A stretch of DNA of 62,416 bases, counting the filler, from Collodictyon triciliatum (taxonomy: Eukaryota), in the NCBI GenBank assembly GCA_043381765.1. It is 5 parts of 5 records of this genome, joined end to end, with 100 filler letters (N's around TTAATTAATTAA, not from the genome) between each part and the next. Parts side by side here need not be neighbours in the genome. Positions count along the whole stretch, not along the records: positions 23,887 to 49,105 come from JBHJMP010000388.1; positions 49,206 to 62,416 come from JBHJMP010000389.1; 3 more parts are not named here. One strand, 5' to 3'. Both the position numbers and the translations under genes were made by a program. The notes below the pieces were generated by a model that was given only the letters and a program-made list of their open reading frames with translations, was not told where the DNA came from and searched no databases. Every line of letters starts with the position of its first letter. Position 1 is the stretch's first letter. Positions 39,712 to 62,416 of this stretch are shown piece after piece.

Positions 39712-40528
39712 TAAAATCTTCAAATGAAAGATAACAGAAAGAATGGCGATAGCGCCAGAAATATCAATAAGCATTGCTTGAAAATGCAAGAAAAGCTAAA
39801 AACGAGAAAAACAATTAAAGTGAAGAAGCAAACAAGTCAAGCAGTTCAGAGTATTTTGCCCGGTAAGCGCAAGGAACACAAGTTGTTACGACCATCAACA
39901 ACCCCGCCAAAGTGCGCAGCTTTTTCAAATTACTTGAGCAGTGCGGTTTTATTGCAAACCCATGGATTTCGTAGACGGACAAAAGATTCATCGGGCGCCT
40001 TCAATGCGCAAATGTAAAATAAAAATAAAAAAAAGAATAAAAAGAGAGATGACAATAGAAAATAGAGAAATAGAAACAAAGGGTAAAAAAAAAAAAAAAT
40101 GGTGCATATTGGCTCCAGAAAACGAAAGGGAGCGAAGGGAAGCAGGGAATAAAGTAAAGATAAAGATAAAAAGCGAGAAGAAGGTGGTGCGATTCAAGTT
40201 CGTGGATGGTCCTTTGTGTTTTGCTTACCGAATGACTTACCACAAAGCAAATCATACTTTGGTTGGTTTCTTTTTCTTTCTTTCTTTTTTTTTTTTCCTC
40301 CTATTTTTCTAAGAGTAATATTTTCATCATTTTCTTTTAATTGTCAAAAAAGCCAAATATTATTTTTTTTCTTCTTTTTTCCCGCATCAGAAATCCGATG
40401 CAACTTGTTTCTAATCAGTATTATAGTTTTTCTCCAAAGGAAAAAAGAAAAGGGAAGGGAAGGGAAGAAGGGGGGTAAAGGACTGGCACAGAACAAGACA
40501 GAGACTTGCTTCCACCAACCAACCAAGC

Positions 40529-48726
<8,198 letters not shown>

Positions 48727-48982
48727 CTTTTGAGTCCTTTTGTTTTAGGAGGAAAGAGTCTAATTAGTATCTTTGGTCACTCAGTTACAATATGCCTTCC
48801 CTCTGAGTTGTGTGCTCTTTTATGTCGTAAGAGAAAATAAGCGTCTATGTTGTAGTCGTAAAAGTTTATGGGCTAGTATTTTTATTTCATTTTTTTTTCA
48901 GCTATATGCTCTGTCCCTTGAAGAATTCTTTGAAGCATTTATGGTTTACCTCTACATTTCGAATTTATTCTTTTGCTTTTTC

Positions 48983-49105
48983 TATGGTTTTTATATGGTT
49001 TTTATATGGTTTTTATATGGTTTTTATATGGTTTTTATATGGTTTTTATATGGTTTTTATATGGTTTTTATATGGTTTTTATATGGTTTTTATATGGTTT
49101 TATAT
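48983..49105. repeat. (ATGGTTTTTAT)n 11-bp repeat at the scaffold end
   Basis: Direct observation. Confidence 0.92.
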
Positions 49106-49205
49106 NNNNNNNNNNNNNNNNNNNNNNNNNNNNNNNNNNNNNNNNNNNNTTAATTAATTAANNNNNNNNNNNNNNNNNNNNNNNNNNNNNNNNNNNNNNN
49201 NNNNN
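49106..49205. other. Artificial scaffold-joining linker
   Basis: TTAATTAATTAA at 49150-49161 within Ns. Confidence 0.95.
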
Positions 49206-49218
49206 TTTTTCCCCCGCC

Positions 49219-49252
<34 letters not shown>

Positions 49253-49705
49253 GCGGTAAATGCCCGTGAACTGGTGTGTATCAGCACAACCGCACGTTCC
49301 TTTTTTTTCCCAGCGGTCACGATTGAATCACCAAGCAATCTGACCAAAGCGATAGTATACTTGCGCATACCCTCTCCGCAGCAGAACCGCTCCTCTTCAT
49401 TATTCTGCAGCATTTTTTTCTCGAGACTAGAGAGGAACCTCTTTATGAACACTTATCCAAACCACTTCGCCCTTTTTCTAGTCATCCTACTCACCTGTCG
49501 ACATGAATCCAGTAGTGCTAGAGAGAACCCCCTCGCTAAGACTTTTGGTTTGCAAAATATGGATATTATTCAGGACAGCGATTGCCACTCGCATGCAAGA
49601 AAATCATGATTCATTGAGCTGGAAAAAAATGAGACGGTGTTGATTTTCACGTGTTTCTGTTGATTTTTTTTTAAAAAAAAAAACAATATAAAGGACACAG
49701 AATCA

Positions 49706-58916
<9,211 letters not shown>

Positions 58917-60059
58917 GCATCTGGAGCTTCGATCTGTTGTGTGGCGATTTTACACTTTGAAATCGAGGTTCGCTGAAGCCCTCTGAAGTCATACACTAAA
59001 AATACTTCTTACCTAACCAAAAAGAAGGGCTCTGTAGTTCATTTACACAGAGTAAATAAATCAAAATACATTAATAATTTGACGCAACTCAGAACTTTGT
59101 TTGTTTGTTTCTTTGGGAAAATATTGCTGTAAAAAAAGTATGAACATAGCCTTATTTGTAACCTATGAGCCTGGTCGTGTTTTGAAAATGCATCGGTGCA
59201 CATAAAAGCATATCAAATTATGTGATTAATCTACAAGGAACAAGGAAGGTGCTCAGGGTAGAGACCAGACGTGAGTAGAAGATTCTAACACTGGACAGAA
59301 ATCAGTGATAGAGAGTTGGTCAGCGGGGGCCCAACTGGTTGATTAGTTGTGTGGGTGGCAGTGCTTGAATGTGTTATGGGGGATATCTCACGAAACGTTC
59401 CCATATCTTCTTCGCTTGCGGTCAGAGTAGCGAAGAATGCGGGCGTGTTTCGCCATTTGAACTTTATTTCAGATCGCTTTCTAGTGTTCTTTAAGGTGAC
59501 TAATTGGTGATGAGTTAATGTAGTTGCATGAAATGCATGCGATACTCAACCAGGTAGATGTCAGTTAGAACGAAAAAGGATTTTGAGTTCACTCACTCGT
59601 AAGTTGTTGACTAATCGTATATTACGACTTCATTTTGTTTAGATATGGGCAAAAGATATGATTTGTATTCAGTGTCTAAGAGCGTGGTATTGAATTTACC
59701 AAATTATAATAATAATAATAATTTGTAGACCTTTTGTCATCCCGTGGCATTGAGCTTCCAATTAAAAAAAAAAATCTTTATTTGATCCAAGGGGATGGAG
59801 GCCTCCAATAATGATAAAAAGAAAAGAGATAAAAGAAAGTTTTGTCTTTAAATAGAATGAAAGAAGATATAGAAGTGGAAATTTTCAAAGGAATGGAGCG
59901 TTTCTTTGATTCGATTTAGGATGTACGAGGCCAAGTATCAGAAAAGAGAAAATGTATTGGTGTACATATATTTCAGAGCCTATGTTTAGAGGAATAAAAT
60001 GTTTGATTATGAGATGTATTCCTTTTAAATATAAGTTTTCCGTCTTGAATGCTGCTTCA

Positions 60060-61956
60060 TCAAATAAAGATTTGGTGGATGTCGGAGCGCTTCACTATTG
60101 AACGGCATACAGGACATTTTTTTGAAGCCAGGACCGACTGGTAGATACAAGGTTTACAAAATATATGCCCACATTTTGTAGTGAAAATCATTTTCAAATC
60201 ATCCATACAGATTGGACAGCTAAGATCTTTCACTTTGACTATGTGTGAGGATTTCAGATCCAACTTTGGTTCATCGCCCGCGGCAAACTGTCCTATCCCA
60301 TTTCCTGTTATTGTGCTGGCTAGCTTGCTGGTACTTTGGCCGCTCCCGTGTAATCTTGCGTGTGTCTTTGATGGGGACTACAAAAGAGAAAAATAAGCTC
60401 ATTTTTAGGTAGGTTAGTTTCCTTTTCCTTTTTTCTTTTTTCTTTTTCTTTTTTCTTTTTTCTTTTTTCTTTTCTTTATTCTTCGAACAGAATATCTTAT
60501 ACGAGCAAAACCTAGGAAATCATGTACCTGATGTGGGCTCTGGAGAGAAATTAAACCAGGGACGAGGACTCGCCGCTGTGTAGATCTTTTTATTTTCCCT
60601 GCTATAAAACTCTGCTTAGATATTTCACTGTCACAAATACGACACATGCCTTAAAATTTTGTCTTCCTGTTGAAATAAATTGATACATTGTGCATTTCCC
60701 CGAGGTTCGTTTGGATTAGTTTTGGGCGCTGTAACCGAACTCCCTAGTTCACCTACGCTTGGTGGAGCCAATTCCGTTGCTGAAGGACAGGGCGATGATA
60801 ACAAATCAATTATTTCTGGTTCTTTCACCTGGTTCTGTCCATGTATATCTGAATCATTCACGAATTGGGGTATGTTTCTTGTACATAGTTCATCGCCCAG
60901 AGTACTGCAGGATGACATTTGGAGCTTGTAGGTAGATGTGAGTTTTTCATTTTCCTCGTCGTTATCATTAGAATCATCCAGGAGAGATATAATTTCTTTT
61001 TGAATAATACCCGATTCTCTTGGCAATCTCACCGGTTTTTGGGATTGAAATGAAGTTAAATTGTCATCGCTATTTGTGCTTGCCTATATTTGTATAATGT
61101 TCAAATGAGATGGGGAAATGCATACGGCTTTGTTTATTTTGAAAAAAAAAAATCGACTTGCGAATTATGAATGGCTTAGGTATTGAGTTTGGCAGAAGCA
61201 AAAGCAGAAGACAGAATTGATATATGTTGGTATTACCCTACAGTCAGTAAGTGAATGACTGGTTTGCGGTAAGTGTAAACTATCAATTGATCGACTTTGA
61301 GGAGGATATTGCCAGGTAGTGTTATCGACACTTTGTTTTATATGAGATGAACTTGCGGATGGTGAGCCTGTTGCAGCTGTTTCCAAGAAGCAGGAACCGC
61401 TACTGCCTTTTTGATCTTGTGAGATTTTCTTCTCCGTGGAAGAGTGCGATGAGGGAATAGAATCATTAAGATTACTAATGTTATGACAGTCGGCAAAGCT
61501 ATTTGACTGTGAGAGAGGCTTGATAATTTCAATAATATGGCCGGGCTCTTGCATATCAACCTCTTGCTCACTAATCAAAGATTGTTGGTATTTGTGATCC
61601 TTTATCGCATGTGGTTAGTATGTGGTGGTTTTTTTTTTTGGTTTTTTTGGTTTTTATTTCTTATCCTTTTTAGAAGATTGGGCAATAGATGGCATGATAT
61701 TTATTAAATTATATTGACTGTAAATATTGTACACCGCATGTCAAACAGAAGTAGATACATTTTAGATGTAAAGCGTAGGGACTCAGTTATAAACAGGAGT
61801 TTTATGAGAGGTTTAAACAGAAAAAAATCATACTGAAAGTGGCCCGTCACTGGGGTCTGTGACACCTGAAGAAGGAGCAGTATTCGACGTGCGTTTCGGG
61901 GAATATTGTATTTCAAGAGCTGTTCGCTTCTTAATGCTCTTAACTGGTCTTTCCAT
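60060..61956 (-). CDS. RNF4/Slx8-like RING E3 ligase with candidate SUMO-interacting motifs
   Basis: Extreme C-terminal C3HC4 RING LSCPICMDDLKMIFTTKCGHIFCKPCIYQSVLASKKCPVCRSIVKRSDIHQIFI*. The upstream disordered region has IIEII, EIISLLDDSNDNDEE and EIIDLLSS. The start at 61956 is tentative. Confidence 0.75.
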
Positions 61957-62346
61957 GGCGTTTCAAGAGATATAGCAGTCCTGTCCTATATGAATATTCA
62001 AGTAAAGGCCAAATGGTAAATATACGTATTTTTTTAGGAACCCCAAATGTATTTGCTACACTGTAGTTCTTATATTTAATACTTCGTAAAAAAAAACTTT
62101 GGTTTGTAAATGGAAGAGAGACTCGGTAAAAACAGAGACTTGAAGCAACTACCTTTTTCTTTTTGCGATTAATTTTATTTTATTTTTCCCGGGGGTAGTG
62201 GGTTTCAAGTTTTTCTTCTCAGAGGGATGAGTTTGTCTATCGATCGAGTTTACTAGACTCGGCCTACATGGTGCAAACAACTCCACTAGCAAAGCGAAAC
62301 ACTGAACCAACTTGCCTCATTCATTTGTCCTGGTTCCTCTTTTTGT

Positions 62347-62416
<70 letters not shown>

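Overview
Eukaryotic (protist-like) draft genomic DNA, standard genetic code, intron-rich, with microsatellite-laden introns. The window is not contiguous: four artificial 100-bp linkers (44 N + TTAATTAATTAA + 44 N) join five unrelated scaffolds (1-8808, 8909-16630, 16731-23786, 23887-49105, 49206-62416). Genes recovered by manual splicing: a multi-pass membrane class-3 lipase; the 3' part of an LRR gene with one phase-0 exon per repeat; a PTGR/YncB-type oxidoreductase fragment; mitochondrial Hsp90 (TRAP1); a D-2-hydroxyacid dehydrogenase homolog that has lost its catalytic triad; RELCH/KIAA1468; a SHOC1/Zip2-like meiotic XPF-domain gene head-to-head with a small TPR-like gene; an EF-hand/coiled-coil protein; a two-domain membrane adenylyl cyclase; and an RNF4-like SIM+RING ligase. 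The most unusual signals are mobile DNA. (i) The end of scaffold 3 looks like the terminus of an endogenous DNA virus or Polinton-like element, with an AG start, a 16-bp hairpin, nested tandem repeats, intronless AT-rich ORFs and a NUMOD4 motif. (ii) A degenerate ORF1-only LINE-like element lies just upstream of it. (iii) Three tiny AATAAA/A-tailed inserts (16-69 nt) are flanked by 16-19-bp target-site duplications, and one shares 33/36 nt with the 3' end of the LINE-like element. All family assignments come from motif recognition by eye; no searches were run.
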